From contig JAIVFI010000007.1 in the NCBI GenBank assembly GCA_025558095.1, positions 248,001-312,000 of the forward strand: a stretch of 64,000 bases of DNA, in the 5' to 3' direction. Shown one piece after another: positions 26,050 to 37,529 of this stretch. The DNA comes from Hyaloraphidium curvatum SAG 235-1. Taxonomy: Eukaryota; Fungi; Monoblepharomycota. Every line of letters starts with the position of its first letter. Position 1 is the stretch's first letter. Below the pieces are notes generated by a model, which saw nothing but the letters and a program-made list of their open reading frames with translations, was not told where the DNA came from and searched no databases. The translations under genes were made by a program, and so were the position numbers.

Positions 26050-28953
26050 ATGGCCGACTCTCCGACGCTCGCGCCTTCGCGGACCAACAGGCGCGTCCGG
26101 TCGCAGCGGACATTTGAGGAACACTATCGAGACCTGCGGCGCGCGGATAGCAACACTTCCAGCCTTTTTCCTGACGGTAGACGCGAATCCGAGCTACCCG
26201 GACGTGCTAAGCTGGGAACTTTTGCCGGAGTTTTCGTTCCTACGATTCTGTCCATCTGGGGCGTGCTGTACTACCTCAGATTCGGCTACGTTGTGGGTCA
26301 AGGCGGCGTCGTTGGTACCCTACTGGTCTGGGCCGCTGCCCATGTCGTTTCTATCGTCACCGCTCTCTCTCTCTCGGCGATCTGCACGGCCGGCGTCGTC
26401 AAGACCGGCGGGGTGTATTACATCCTGTCTCGCGTGCTGGGACCCGAGTTCGGAGGTTCCCTGGGCGTCTACTTGGTGCTCAGTAACGTCCTGTCAGCCG
26501 CCCTGGCTGCCCTGGCCTTCGTTGAGTCGCTGCTCGACAACTTCGGGTCGGCCAACGGGGGTTTCCTACCCGATGGCCGCTGGTGGACGCTTCTCTATGC
26601 CACGATCCTCAATTTCGCGTCGGCGGCTGTCTGTTTCGTCGGGGCAGACTCGTTCGCAAAGACGTCGGTCTTCCTGGCCACGATTCTCCTCGTTTCTACC
26701 CTCTCGTGCTATGCGACCTTCCTCTTTCGCGCTCCGTTCCAGAATCCGGAAATGCACCTCAACTTCACGGGCATCCGCATGGAGACTCTGGAGAGCAACC
26801 TCTGGCCCGACTTCCATCCCGACGACGAGGGCAATCCAGTTGGCTACACGACTCTTTTCGGGCTCCTGTTTCCAATTGTGGCCGGCGTTCTTAGCGGGGC
26901 ATCGCTCAGTGGGGACCTCGAATCTCCGAGCAAGTCCATCCCTCGCGGCACGCTCTCCGCGATCGCGTTCACCCTCTTTATCTACGTAACCACGACATTC
27001 CTCCTGGCATCGACCGTCACGCGCGCGAGCTTGCTCAAAGGTGAGCACCTAATCTCGCGGCACGCCGAATGGACGGTGAATGGCGCCTTTTGCTAGACCT
27101 GTCCGTCGTTGTCGATGCTAACTTCTTCCCCGCGACGGTGACGGCCGGCCTGCTGGCCACGTCGATATTTGCATGCCTCGGATCCATCATTTCGGCTGCC
27201 AAGGCGTGGCAGGCGCTCGCACGGGATCACCTGATTCCCGGAATATCCGTTTTCGCTTACGGCGACCTCACGAACGATGAACCGCACCTCGCGACTGCCT
27301 TCTGCACCCTCCTTACCCAGCTTCTTCTCATGACCGTGACGGACATCAACGTTCTGGCTCCTCTGGTTACGATCACGAATCTTATCCTCTTCTCCGGCGT
27401 GAACCTTGCCGTGGCTCTTCTGAAGCTGGCTTCGGCTCCGAACTTCCGCCCCAGCTTTCGCTACTTCAGCTTCGGCCAGGCGCTTTTCGGAACTGTCGCT
27501 TGTATCGTGGCCATAGTGTTGGTCGATCCTGGCTACGGGCTCGTCTCCATCCTCATCGAAATCGTGCTTTTCTTCGTCATTGCCTACTCCGCGGCGCCAA
27601 AGCCTTGGGGCGACGTCAGCCAAGGCATCATCTTTCACCAGGTCCGCAAGTACCTGCTTCAGCTTGACCTCAATCGGACGCACACCAAGTTCTGGCGCCC
27701 GCAGATCCTCTTGTGCGTCGACACGCCCCTGAAGGACGTCAATCTTGTCAAGTTCGGCAACCAGCTGAAGAAGGGCGGGCTTTATGTCCTGGCTCACGTC
27801 TATCCGACCGAGGATTTCCGAGGAACGGTCGCCGCCTTACAGGACGTCAACTACACGTGGTTGAAGTATGTCGAGCAGCTCCATGTCAAGGCGTTCGTGG
27901 AGCTCTCTAGTGCTCCGACCGTTCGCCTCGGGATCCAATCCCTGATGATGACAGCTGGGCTGGGCACGCTGTGAGTCCGATTCCTATTGTGGATGCCTAG
28001 CAGAAGTGGCTGAGCGATCCCTCAGGAAACCGAACCTGGTGATGCTGCGTTGGCCGTCGAAGGACTTGGACGACCCGGCACCAAGCGATTCAAACTCTTC
28101 TGTCGAGGTCTCGGACGACCTGGCACGTCTTCCCACCGTTCGAAGCGCCGTTTCGCCTCAGGAATGGGTAGCAATTTTGGAGGACATCAACGCCGCTAGC
28201 AAGATCACGTGCATAGCGCGGAACTTTGCGAACCTCGATCGCCGCGTGACCGAGCGCGTCTCCAAGCTCGCGAGCCTTTGGAGGTCCGTGCGACCGCTCA
28301 GTTCCAGCAGCGTAGATGAGGAGGCGTCGCCGTTGCTGCCTTCACTGCCGCTCAAGGGCGGCTCCGACAAGCTGACGGTTCATGTCTGGCCCGTGCAGTC
28401 CGCTGATGGCGAAGCTTTCGAATCGGTCACGACCGTCCTGCAACTCGCCTCGATCCTTTCGCGGACCGATCAGTGGGAACGGACGAACTTTGTTGCGTAT
28501 GCGGTGGTGGAAGCGAAAGAGGACGGACCAGCGGAGGTCGCCAGGCTGTCGAAACTGATCGACGATCTTCGCATCGACACCCACGTGGTTGCTGCCTATG
28601 CCTGCGATTCGCCATCGTTCCAGCGGCTCCTTGCGGAGCGCAGCCGCAATAGCAGGAGCGCGCGGCCGAACCAGGATTCGTGGGGTTTCCGGATTTCTAC
28701 GCGATCACCCATCGGATTCTTCGCCGAGCTCTCGGGGGACGAACAGTGCCAGATCCTGAACGATCTGATGCTCGAGCACTCCAGCGGAGCTTCTCTCCTA
28801 CTCAGCACCTTTGCCTCGCCGCCGCCGGGCACCTCCGCGTCGCCGGAATCCGCCGCCTCCTACGTGGCCGCCCTCGACACCCTTACCGCCGATCTCCGCG
28901 TTCCGCTGCTCCTCACGTCAAGCCCGGAGCTGGTCGTGACCATGGCTTTGTAG
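26050..28953 (+). CDS. Cation-chloride cotransporter (SLC12/CCC family, Vhc1/SLC12A9-like), 3 exons
   Basis: KLGTFAGVFVPT, LSLSAICT, GGVYYILSRVLGPEFGGSLG, SGDLESPSKSIPRGT, NFRPSFRYF, WGDVSQGIIFHQVRKYLL, KFWRPQILL. Confidence 0.92.
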
Positions 28954-29060
28954 AGATGTACCTCGACAGGCTGTATTTGCGTTGCACTAGATTGCACATG
29001 TCTCTTGTGGGGCGTCGACGTGGCAAGGTGGCGGCGTCTCGCGGCGCTGGCCAACACACA

Positions 29061-30791
29061 ATGACCCACTGCCATTCGGAGCCACGCGCGGCCTGGCGCC
29101 GCTCGCCATGGCCGGCAGTGCTCCTGATCCTCTTTGCCTCCGTCGCCGCGGTCGTCGCGCAGCCGCTACAGGCGGGAATGGCTAACGCCGTGCTGCACCC
29201 CGACGAAGGGGACGTTTGCAAAGTGGGTCCGCGCCGCCCATCGGGCCCGTTCCGGCCAGCTGACGGCGCTGGATCCCCTCCGTCCAGCTCTCCGGCCCGA
29301 TCCAGGACTCGTGCTGTTCGTTCGAGGACGTCCAGGCCGTCAACGAGGCCGTGAACCTGCCCCTGAACGAGCTCGTGCGCACGCTCTTCTTCCGTTTCTG
29401 GAAGGTCAATCTGTGGAAGGACTGCCCTTTCTGGAAGGACGGCCTGTTTTGCACCAACCGGAACTGCGCCGTGGAGCCGGCCGACGAGTCCGAGGTGCCC
29501 GATGAATGGAAATCAGGGCCCCTCGGCTCCATCAACCTCGAAGGATCGAGCACCGAGTACTCCTCGGTCTTTGGCGGCTGCTCGATAACGGACAAGGATT
29601 TCTGCATCCTGGATTCCGAGAACGCCCTCAGCGACGGCACGTGCTACGTGGACCTTTTGAAGAACCCCGAACGTTTCACTGGCTACTCTGGCGAGCCCGC
29701 CAACCGCGTCTGGCGTGCCATCTACGAGGAGAACTGCTTCAACCTCATCGGAGACGGCACCACGCCGCTCGAGACGGAGCTGGATCGGGCGCGCGCCGTC
29801 GAGGCCGCCTGCGTGGAAAAGCGGGTCTTCTACCGCCTCGTCTCGGGCCTGCACTCGTCCATCTCGGTGCACATCTGCACCGACTGGCTCAATCGCACCA
29901 CGGGCGAGTGGCACCCCAACTTGGACTGCTTCGTGCACCGCGTGGGCAAGTTCCCGGAGCGGGTCAACAACGTCTATTTCAACTACGCCGTCGTCCTCCG
30001 TGCACTGCGTAAGCTGGCGCCGTACCTGCGCGAGTACGCATTCTGCTCCAGCAACACGACTGAGGACGCTTTGACGAGGGAGCTGCTGGAGCGGGTGCTG
30101 GATGCCCCCGCTGGGTGCCCGGCGGCATTCGACGAGAAGCAGCTGTTTGCCGGGCAGGATTCGAAGCAGCTGATGCGCGAGATCAAGGGCGCGTTCCGGA
30201 ACATCTCGCGGATCATGGACTGCGTGTCCTGCGACAAGTGCAAGATGTGGGGCAAGCTGCAGGTGACAGGGCTCGGGACCGCGCTCAAGATCCTGTTTTC
30301 GCTGGACGATAAGTGGGTTTGTCCGATCTTCTGCCGTGAGCCGCTTTTCTTACGTCGTTCGCAGCTACCGAAACTACCGCCTGAGCCGCACCGAGATCGT
30401 CACCCTCGTCAACGCGTTCCAGCGGTACTCCAACACCCTGAAATCCATCACGAGGTTCAAGGCCATGTGGGAGGCGAGGTCCCAGGCGACGGAGCGGGCC
30501 CCGGTGCCGCGGCCAGCCGAGCGGGCGGACGCGGAGCGGCCCCCGGCAAACGCTTCCCCACCAAAAGCCGAACCCGATTCCGGGCCGGCGCCGCAACCGG
30601 TGGCGCCTCCTTTGACCGAGGGCGCGCGCCGCTTCTTCTTCTCCCCCGGGGGCGTCCTCGTGGTCCTGGCGGCCGCGGCGCTGGCCGTCATCGTGTTCAT
30701 GGTGCTCGGCGGCTACGTGGATCCGGACCCTCGCAGCCGGACCAAGGCTGGGCAGGTGGTGGCAAAGAAAAAGGCGAAGAAGGTGGCGTGA
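29061..30791 (+). CDS. ERO1: ER oxidoreductin Ero1, with C-terminal TM + KKxx tail, 3 exons
   Basis: Signal peptide; CPFW..CTNRNC; YVDLLKNPERFTGY; EKRVFYRLVSGLHSSIS; FRNISRIMDCVSCDKCKMWGKLQ. Confidence 0.93.
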
Positions 30792-31098
30792 GCAGCGCCG
30801 GGATGTCTCTGTGGCACGGTGGGGGCTGTGATTTATCGGTGATGAATAGACCTGTGGTCTGAAAGGCTCGCGAGGCGTCAGTCGGTGGCGTCCCGGGAAC
30901 ATGCAATTCCTCTGTTCATCGGTTAAGAGTCCAAATAATCAACGGGGACCGACCACCGTCGGTGATCAAAGCCTCGCGCTCCTGCCGCGTCATCGAACAC
31001 GAACCGTAAAGGCGGAACGTGAGCGGCGCGGGACGTCTCTGATGCATGGTGGAAGCTGTAATTTATGGGTGTCCGATACACCTGTGGTCTGGGAAGGC
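30787..31098 (+). repeat. Diverged direct repeat of two ~81-bp units (30787-30867 and 31018-31098)
   Basis: cgtgagcagcgccgggatgtctctg...gctgtgatttatcggtg...acctgtggtctgaaaggc vs cgtgagcggcgcgggacgtctctg...gctgtaatttatgggtg...acctgtggtctgggaaggc. Confidence 0.85.
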
Positions 31099-31268
31099 AG
31101 GCGATCCGCGGGCGCTTCTTTGCTCGGCGACGATTCAGAGACATTTGGACAGAAACAAGGCGCGAGAGGCGTCCACCGAGCGAGTCTATTACGGGTATCG
31201 AAAGAAGGAGGGTATTGAGCCCGCGATATAGTTAGCTGCGAGTTGGAGAGAGTGCAGCGACACAGAGA

Positions 31269-32177
31269 TCAGTGGGGCTTGGGCTGCCGTCCATCCGGGT
31301 TAGCTTGCCGTCCCAAGTCGCCCGAGAAAACCCTCCACCAACCTTGTAGCTATCAGACAGCAGGCAGAGCGGCAGCGCGGGACGGCCGAAGGAAAGATCA
31401 AGCGACCCGCCCCACCGCGTGCCCGGCACCGGTCTCACCCGTCAACGGCCATGTTGCGCGTCGCCGACGGCAGCTGCATCACCATGCCCTCCAGCTCCTT
31501 GGTCATTTTGATCTGGCATCCCAGGCGGGAGCTACAATTGGGCGGATCGGGGTCAACAGGGCGCGAGGGAAAGGGGCATGGGAGGGGTACGAACGTTTCG
31601 GTGAGGCCAAAGGCCAGGTCCAGCATATCGTTCTCCTCGTCCGTCGGCTCCTCCAGCATGTCGAAGTACTCCTTGTCCACGATCACGTGGCACGTCGAGC
31701 ACGCTTCCCCGTCCGACGTCAGCCCTTCCTCCTCGGCACCCGCACGGCCAAAGTCGTCTCACCGCAGCTCCCCTCGCACGCGCCCTCCATCTCCACGTCG
31801 TTCGCGTGTGCCACGTCCAGCATCGTCTCGTCCTCGCCGGCCCAGCATTCCAGCTCCTCGCCCTCGGGGGTGACGAAGGTGACGCGGTAGCCGTCGCCTG
31901 GTTTGTGCTTCTTGGTGTGCAGGAGGGCTTATCGGGGGTGAGCGGGGACCGCATCAGGGCAGGAAGGGACGTGCCCACCTGATGACGAGTGGAACGGGCG
32001 TCCGTGAGGGGCGGAGGGGGGCAAGGACGGCGCCGAGGCGCGCGGCCGCGGGAGGGCGACGGGGCGGGCAGCGGGCGCGGGGCGCGCCATCGCGGCCGCG
32101 GAGAGGGCGCAGCGCGCGTCACTGAGAGCGGAGAGCCGCGCCGCGGGGGCGGAGAAGGCGCGGACGGCGCGGTGCAT
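31269..32177 (-). CDS. YAH1: Mitochondrial adrenodoxin-type [2Fe-2S] ferredoxin, multi-exon incl. 7-nt microexon
   Basis: Presequence MHRAVRAFS; EGACE..CSTCHVI, DEENDMLDLAFGLTET, SRLGCQI, RNMAVDGYKPKPH*. Confidence 0.92.
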
Positions 32178-32567
32178 CGCGGCGTCGATTCGGTTTGCGT
32201 TCGCTGGCGCGGCGTCGGATCGGGTCGGCAACGAATGCTGCCCGGCAAGGCCCGTTGCCGTCGCGAGTCCTGAATCCCCGTTGATCTTTCAGTTTTACCT
32301 TCTTTAGCTTGCTCTGACACGGCTCCGCGGCATCCGAGGCCGCGATCGCTTCTCTACTCCGTGATGCGCAGCCCATTGTCCAGGACGGCCATCCAGGACA
32401 CCGGATCCATCCAGCACCGGGCCGAAGCCTCGCCAGCAATCCTCAACCAGTGCATTAGCCAGCAATGGCATCGATTCCACCTCCGCTTCCGTTGCTTCGC
32501 CGACGAGGTGATCAAATTGCGGCTGTGCACACCGCGTGGCCTACACGCGCCCCGAATCTCGCTCTCA

Positions 32568-33833
32568 ATGGACGACAAGGAGGCCGCCGCGGCGGAAGCG
32601 GCCTCGCCGATGCTCCCGAAGTCGCGGCACGCGCAGTCCCGGGGTGTCGGCCGGCGGGCTCTACTAGCGGCGGCGGCGTCGGCCGCGCTAGTTGCGGCGC
32701 TGGCGGTCCTCGCCTGGGCTTTGGGACGGGTACGGACACCGGGCGAGAAAACTGCGGTGTGGAATGGAACGGAATCTTGGCCGGCAGCGGAATTACCGTC
32801 CTCTGCGGGCGCGGTGCCCACACGCACAGCGCCGGCCTCCCCCTCTCCATCCTCCGGATCCGACCCTCCCGTTCCCTCTGCCACACCCGAATCCCGCCCG
32901 ACCCTCCGCTTCCCGCCGTCGGGCAAGCTGAAAATCGCCATCCTCGCCGACCTGCACCTCGGCGAGGCCCCCGACACGGCGTGGGGCCCCGAACAGGACA
33001 AGAACACCACGCGCGTGCTCCGCGCCGTGCTGGCCGCCGAGAGGCCGGATTTTGCGGTGCTCAGCGGGGACCAGGTGACGGGGGAATTCATGTCGTCCAA
33101 CGAGACGGCGAAAGTCGGCGCGGTTCTCGGCCTGCTGCAGGAAGCGCGGGTGCCGTGGGCGTCGGTGCACGGGAACCACGACAAGGGGGCCGCCGCGGGG
33201 TTTGCCGAATCCTTGCTCGCCGTTGAGCAGGGGTACCCCCTGAGCCTTACCCAGAGGGGGCCTAAGGACGTGGCGGGGCTGACCAACTATCGTTGGCCCG
33301 TGCTGGGCACGGACGGCTTGCCGCGGGCGGTGCTCTGGTTTTTGGACAGCGGAACGCAGGGCATCGAGCGCGACCAGGTGGACTGGCTCCGCCGGGAGCA
33401 CGCCGCCCTTTCCTCCTCGGAAAAGGCGGCCAAGCACCTGCTCTTCGTGCACATTCCCCTGCGCCGCTTCCGCGAGCTCCAATCCTCGCCCCTCTTCCTT
33501 CCCCCCTCCCCCGGCCGCCCCCCCGCCTGCGCCGGCCTGACGGACGAGCCCAAGATGGCGGTGCAGAAGGCCGACCGCGGCCTGATGCCGCTACTCTCCT
33601 CGTTGAAGTTCACGGCGGTGTATTCGGGGCACGACCACGGGACCACGTGGTGCTGCCGCGATCCCGGGGGCGGGGTGGTGCTGTGCATGGGGCGGCACAC
33701 GGGGTACGGCGGGTACGGGGAGTGGGATAGGGGAGCGAGGATGGTGCAGCTGGACGAGGGGGCGATGGGCGCGGATGGGTGGATGCCGGAGACGTGGGTG
33801 CGGATGGAGGACGGGAGGGTGCTGCGGCAGTAG
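32568..33833 (+). CDS. Calcineurin-like metallophosphoesterase (Dcr2/PAP14-like subfamily), type II membrane anchored
   Basis: N-terminal TM; motifs DLHLG, SGDQ, GNHD, FVHIP, GHDH, GRHTGYGGYG, GAR; single exon. Confidence 0.85.
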   Translation: MDDKEAAAAEAASPMLPKSRHAQSRGVGRRALLAAAASAALVAALAVLAWALGRVRTPGEKTAVWNGTESWPAAELPSSAGAVPTRTAPASPSPSSGSDPPVPSATPESRPTLRFPPSGKLKIAILADLHLGEAPDTAWGPEQDKNTTRVLRAVLAAERPDFAVLSGDQVTGEFMSSNETAKVGAVLGLLQEARVPWASVHGNHDKGAAAGFAESLLAVEQGYPLSLTQRGPKDVAGLTNYRWPVLGTDGLPRAVLWFLDSGTQGIERDQVDWLRREHAALSSSEKAAKHLLFVHIPLRRFRELQSSPLFLPPSPGRPPACAGLTDEPKMAVQKADRGLMPLLSSLKFTAVYSGHDHGTTWCCRDPGGGVVLCMGRHTGYGGYGEWDRGARMVQLDEGAMGADGWMPETWVRMEDGRVLRQ

Positions 33834-34010
33834 GATGCTGTCGCAGGAGCCGCTTGATATCACGGCCCGTGATGCTTAAACTTGATGCGCGATTGTGTGA
33901 TGCTTCGGAACGTGGCAAGTTTGGGAGCGACCAGCCGCAACGCGGCAAATACCCCCGCTGCCTCCCACCCCCGTTTCCGCACGCGGCAAACGCTCCATCC
34001 CCCCGCCAAC

Positions 34011-35604
34011 ATGTCCGCCCTCGAGTGCACCTACCTCGTCATCGGCGCCGGCAACGCCGGGGTCTCGTTCGCCGACGCCATCGTCCCCATGGTGCCCGAC
34101 GCGACCGTCATCCTCGCGGACCGCAACGACCGCCCCGGAGGCCATTGGACGCACGCCTACCCCTTTGTCTCGCTGCACCAGCCCGCCGCCGGGTACGGCG
34201 TCCTTTCCCGGGAGCTCAGCGTGCTCACCGTGGACCGCGCGGGGGTGAACAAGGGCTACGAGGCGCTCGCGAGCGGGCAGGAGGTCGAGGCGTACATGAA
34301 GCGCACGGTGCACGAGCTCGAGGGCACGGGGAGATTGCGGTTCCTCGGGCTGCACGAGTGGGTGCCCGAGAGGGGGGTGCTGCGGAGCCTGGTCACGGGC
34401 AAGGACGTGCCGGTCAAGTTCAAGAAGATCGTCTTTGGAAACCACCAGTGGGCCGGCGCGTTCCCCTGCGGCACCCCTTCTGACCCCCGTCGGGCACCGC
34501 AGCACCACCATCACCTCGGCCATGCGGCCCCCGCCGTGGCGCCTCGCCCCCGGCGTCGCGTGCGTCCCCTCGCGCTCCCTCCCGGACGCCATCGCCGCCT
34601 CCCCCACACCCTTCGAAAGGTTCTGCATCATCGGCGGGGGCAAGACCGCCATGGACTGCATCGTCTGGCTGATGCTCCAGGGCGTCGGCGAGGACAAGAT
34701 AACTTGGGTCGTGCCCAGGGACTTCCTCTTCATCAACCGGGAGACGTTCCAGAACATGCAGCTGCGCAAGCTCGGCGCGGCGCTTCACGCCAAGCACCGC
34801 AAGGTGATCGCCGGTTCCAAGTCGTTCGCCGAGGCCGCCAGGGGGCTCGTGGACTGCGGCTTCTGGCTCAAGCTGGCCGCCACGGCGCCCGACGCCCCGG
34901 CGTTCCACGGGGCCGTCATCACCCACACGGAGCTGGGGATGCTCAACACGATCAAGGACGTCGAGAAGCGAGGGCACATCCTCTCGATCGACGCCAAGGG
35001 GTTCGACATGAAGGGCGGGAGGAGGGAGATGCCGCAGGGGACGCTGTACGTCGACTGCGCGGCGCCGACGGTCAAGCCCGTGGCGAGGTTCGACGTGTTC
35101 GAGGGGGACAGGATCACGCTGCCGTTCATGGCCGTCGGAGGGGTGCGTTTGCGCGGAACGATCCCGGGCGGCGATCGCATGCTGACTCGGCCCCTGCCTT
35201 TGCGCCCGCTCCGCCAGGTGGGATTCAGCGCCGCCCTCGCCGCCCGCATGGAAACCCTCCCCTGGTCCGACGCCAAGAAGAACTCGGTCCTCCGCCCGAC
35301 CCCGTTCCCGGACACGCCGGCGCAGTACTTCCTCATGGCGCACAACACCTCGACCAACATGGCCCGCCTGTTCCGGCACACGGAGCTGGCGCGGTGGGCC
35401 GTGAGCAACAGGCTGAGCCCGATGGGGCCGCCCGAGGGCAAGGCGATGCCGGATGCGGCGTTCGCGAAGATGGCGGAGCTGTTCGAGGCGAGGGCCAAGG
35501 ATGCCGAGAGGCTCATTGCCGCCGAGGCGGCCAGGGGGAACAGGGAGGCGGCGGAGTATTTGCGCACCGCGGGGCGGGACGGGTGGGAGGGGGCCAGGCT
35601 GTGA
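34011..35604 (+). CDS. NAD(P)/FAD-dependent oxidoreductase, bacterial-type; introns 34448-34502 and probably 35143-35217
   Basis: YLVIGAGNAGVSFAD (FAD), PGGHWTHAYPFVSLHQP, IIGGGKTAMD (second Rossmann), LYVDC, FSAAL. Confidence 0.85.
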
Positions 35605-35765
35605 AGAAAGCGCCTCCGCGCGCGTCTAGAAATCCGCCTACACTTGTCCCGGAGCTCGCGCAGCTAAAAATGGAGATGCAAACCCGCAGCAATTCCGCAC
35701 CGTCCCGCTTCGTGTGCCCATGTCCCACCTCAGCGCCCATGCCATAGCATTTGCCCGCCAAGCGT

Positions 35766-36681
35766 TCACCAATCCCTGACGCCCTTCTGCGGCGGCGCGC
35801 CGGCCGGCGGCATCGCCGTCTTTGGCATCCTCCTCTTGCCCACGCCGCCAAAATCCCCTCCGGTCGAGAGCAGGAACCGCGCATTGTCCGCGCCCACCCT
35901 TGCCCTGAACCCCGCGTTCCTCCTGTCCGCCTCCTCGAGCTCCCCGGCATCGAGCACGTGGTGCGACTCCCAGTCCTCCACGCGGATGGTGATGGGCGAG
36001 TCGAGCCGCGGGTCCTGCTCCGGTGCGAGGGGGAGGACGAGGTGCAGCGTGGGCGCGGGCTGGGGGAGCGAGGGCGAGGCGGCGGTCGAGTCCGAGTCGG
36101 AGCCGTCTGCGGCGTCCAGGGAGAGCGGGTCGGACTCCAGCTCGGCGAGGCGGGCGAGCAGGTCTGGGTGGTGGGTGTTTGTGTTTGGGCCAGCCTCGAA
36201 GCCTGCGAAGGGGAAGGTGAGCAGAGATCTTGTTCGGGGAGCGGGAGTGCCCACCCTGCACCCAGCCGACGGGCGGGCTGCCCGGCGGCGACAGCAGGAA
36301 ATTCTTCTCGGCGTGCGGCACCTGCAGGAACCTGTCCGGGTCGTCGTCGTCGCGCGGCAGCCCGTCCGCGGCGAACACCTTTGCCTGCGCCAGGCCGGGC
36401 AGCGCGGCCACCCGCGCGGGCAGCTCCCTGCGCGCCCGCGCGGCGTCGGCCGGCTTGGCGAACGCGACGATGACGCGGCCGAAGGAGCGCAGCGGCACGA
36501 CCCGCCGCAGCTCGCCGTACGTCGCCGCGAGCCCCGCGACCGCCCCCGCCGCGCCCGCGTCGAACGCCGCCCGCCCGATGCCCGCCGCGACCAGCGTGTC
36601 CGTCATCGCGGACACGAACGGGCTGCTCGGCGTCGGCGGCGCACTGTCCGCCGGCGGGGACGGGCCGGGGTGCGCGGGCAT
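35766..36681 (-). CDS. RCN1: Calcipressin (regulator of calcineurin, RCAN/Rcn1), 2 exons
   Basis: RRM-like LRSFGRVIVAF; FLLSPPGSPPVGW signature; PxIxIT-like SPITIRVE; C-terminal PKTAMPP. Confidence 0.88.
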
Positions 36682-37529
36682 GTGTGTCCTCTGTCCTGCG
36701 CCCGATGGCTTGGAGAGCGGCAAGGCGGCAGGCACCGAGTCAAAAGGGTGCCGTTGCGGCCACCTCGCCCCAGGCCGTCGGCCCCCGCAGAAAGCCTCGA
36801 ACGTGCAAGAAATGCACTCCGGATGCTCGGCAGTCAGCTTTTCCCGCCGGATTGCGGTCTGCGAACCTCGGCCGCACGCAAGATCGCTGCGCCTCGTCCC
36901 CCCCTGTCTGGTCACCGCAAGCATCCCCCAGCAGCAGCGAGTTGAGACCTGTAAGTCCTCATCCGAAGCTAGCATGAAAATCCGATGCCCGGGGAACCGC
37001 GTGGGACATCCGCTTCCTGACTGGATTCTCCAGCGTCAGTGCACTCCGGCCGACGATCGCGCCAGAAGCGAAAGGCCGGCGCCCCGAAGCACCCAAGAAT
37101 CAAGGGATGCCCGGCACCGCCGTCGTGGGACCCGCCCCGCCCCACGGAATCCCGAAACCCCGTCTGGAGTGCTTCGACGAGGCGCGCCAGGTGCTCTCCT
37201 CTCCCTCCCACGCCTTTCCTCCTCCAGCTGGGCCTCGTAGGCAGGCAAAACCAGGGTGCGTGTCCGTGAGCCTGGCCCTGCAGGGACGGCGGTTGACCAT
37301 GCATGCTTGCCAGCTGTCCTTGTGCTGCTACGAGCTGAGTCAGCTTGAGCATGGGTGCAGGCGTGGCTCAAGACGGGGAGGTTGGGGCCTGAAGGTGCGC
37401 ATCCCGTCGCATGGAATTTTATCACATCAGAGCCTATCACAGGAGTTCAGAAAACCACCCCTTTGTGCGGCGGGCGGTTGGTTTAGGCTCTACAGCCGGC
37501 CCGGTCCTTCACACTAAAAGTCGACGCAA

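Noticed and set aside
31232-31438. Minus-strand ORF containing LLSDSYK, reminiscent of the NAMPT N-terminal TDSYK motif
   Set aside because: It lies in ferredoxin introns plus the 7-nt microexon; no downstream NAMPT sequence follows
36975-37520. Several short ORFs upstream of calcipressin
   Set aside because: No family motif or codon bias; cannot be supported as genes
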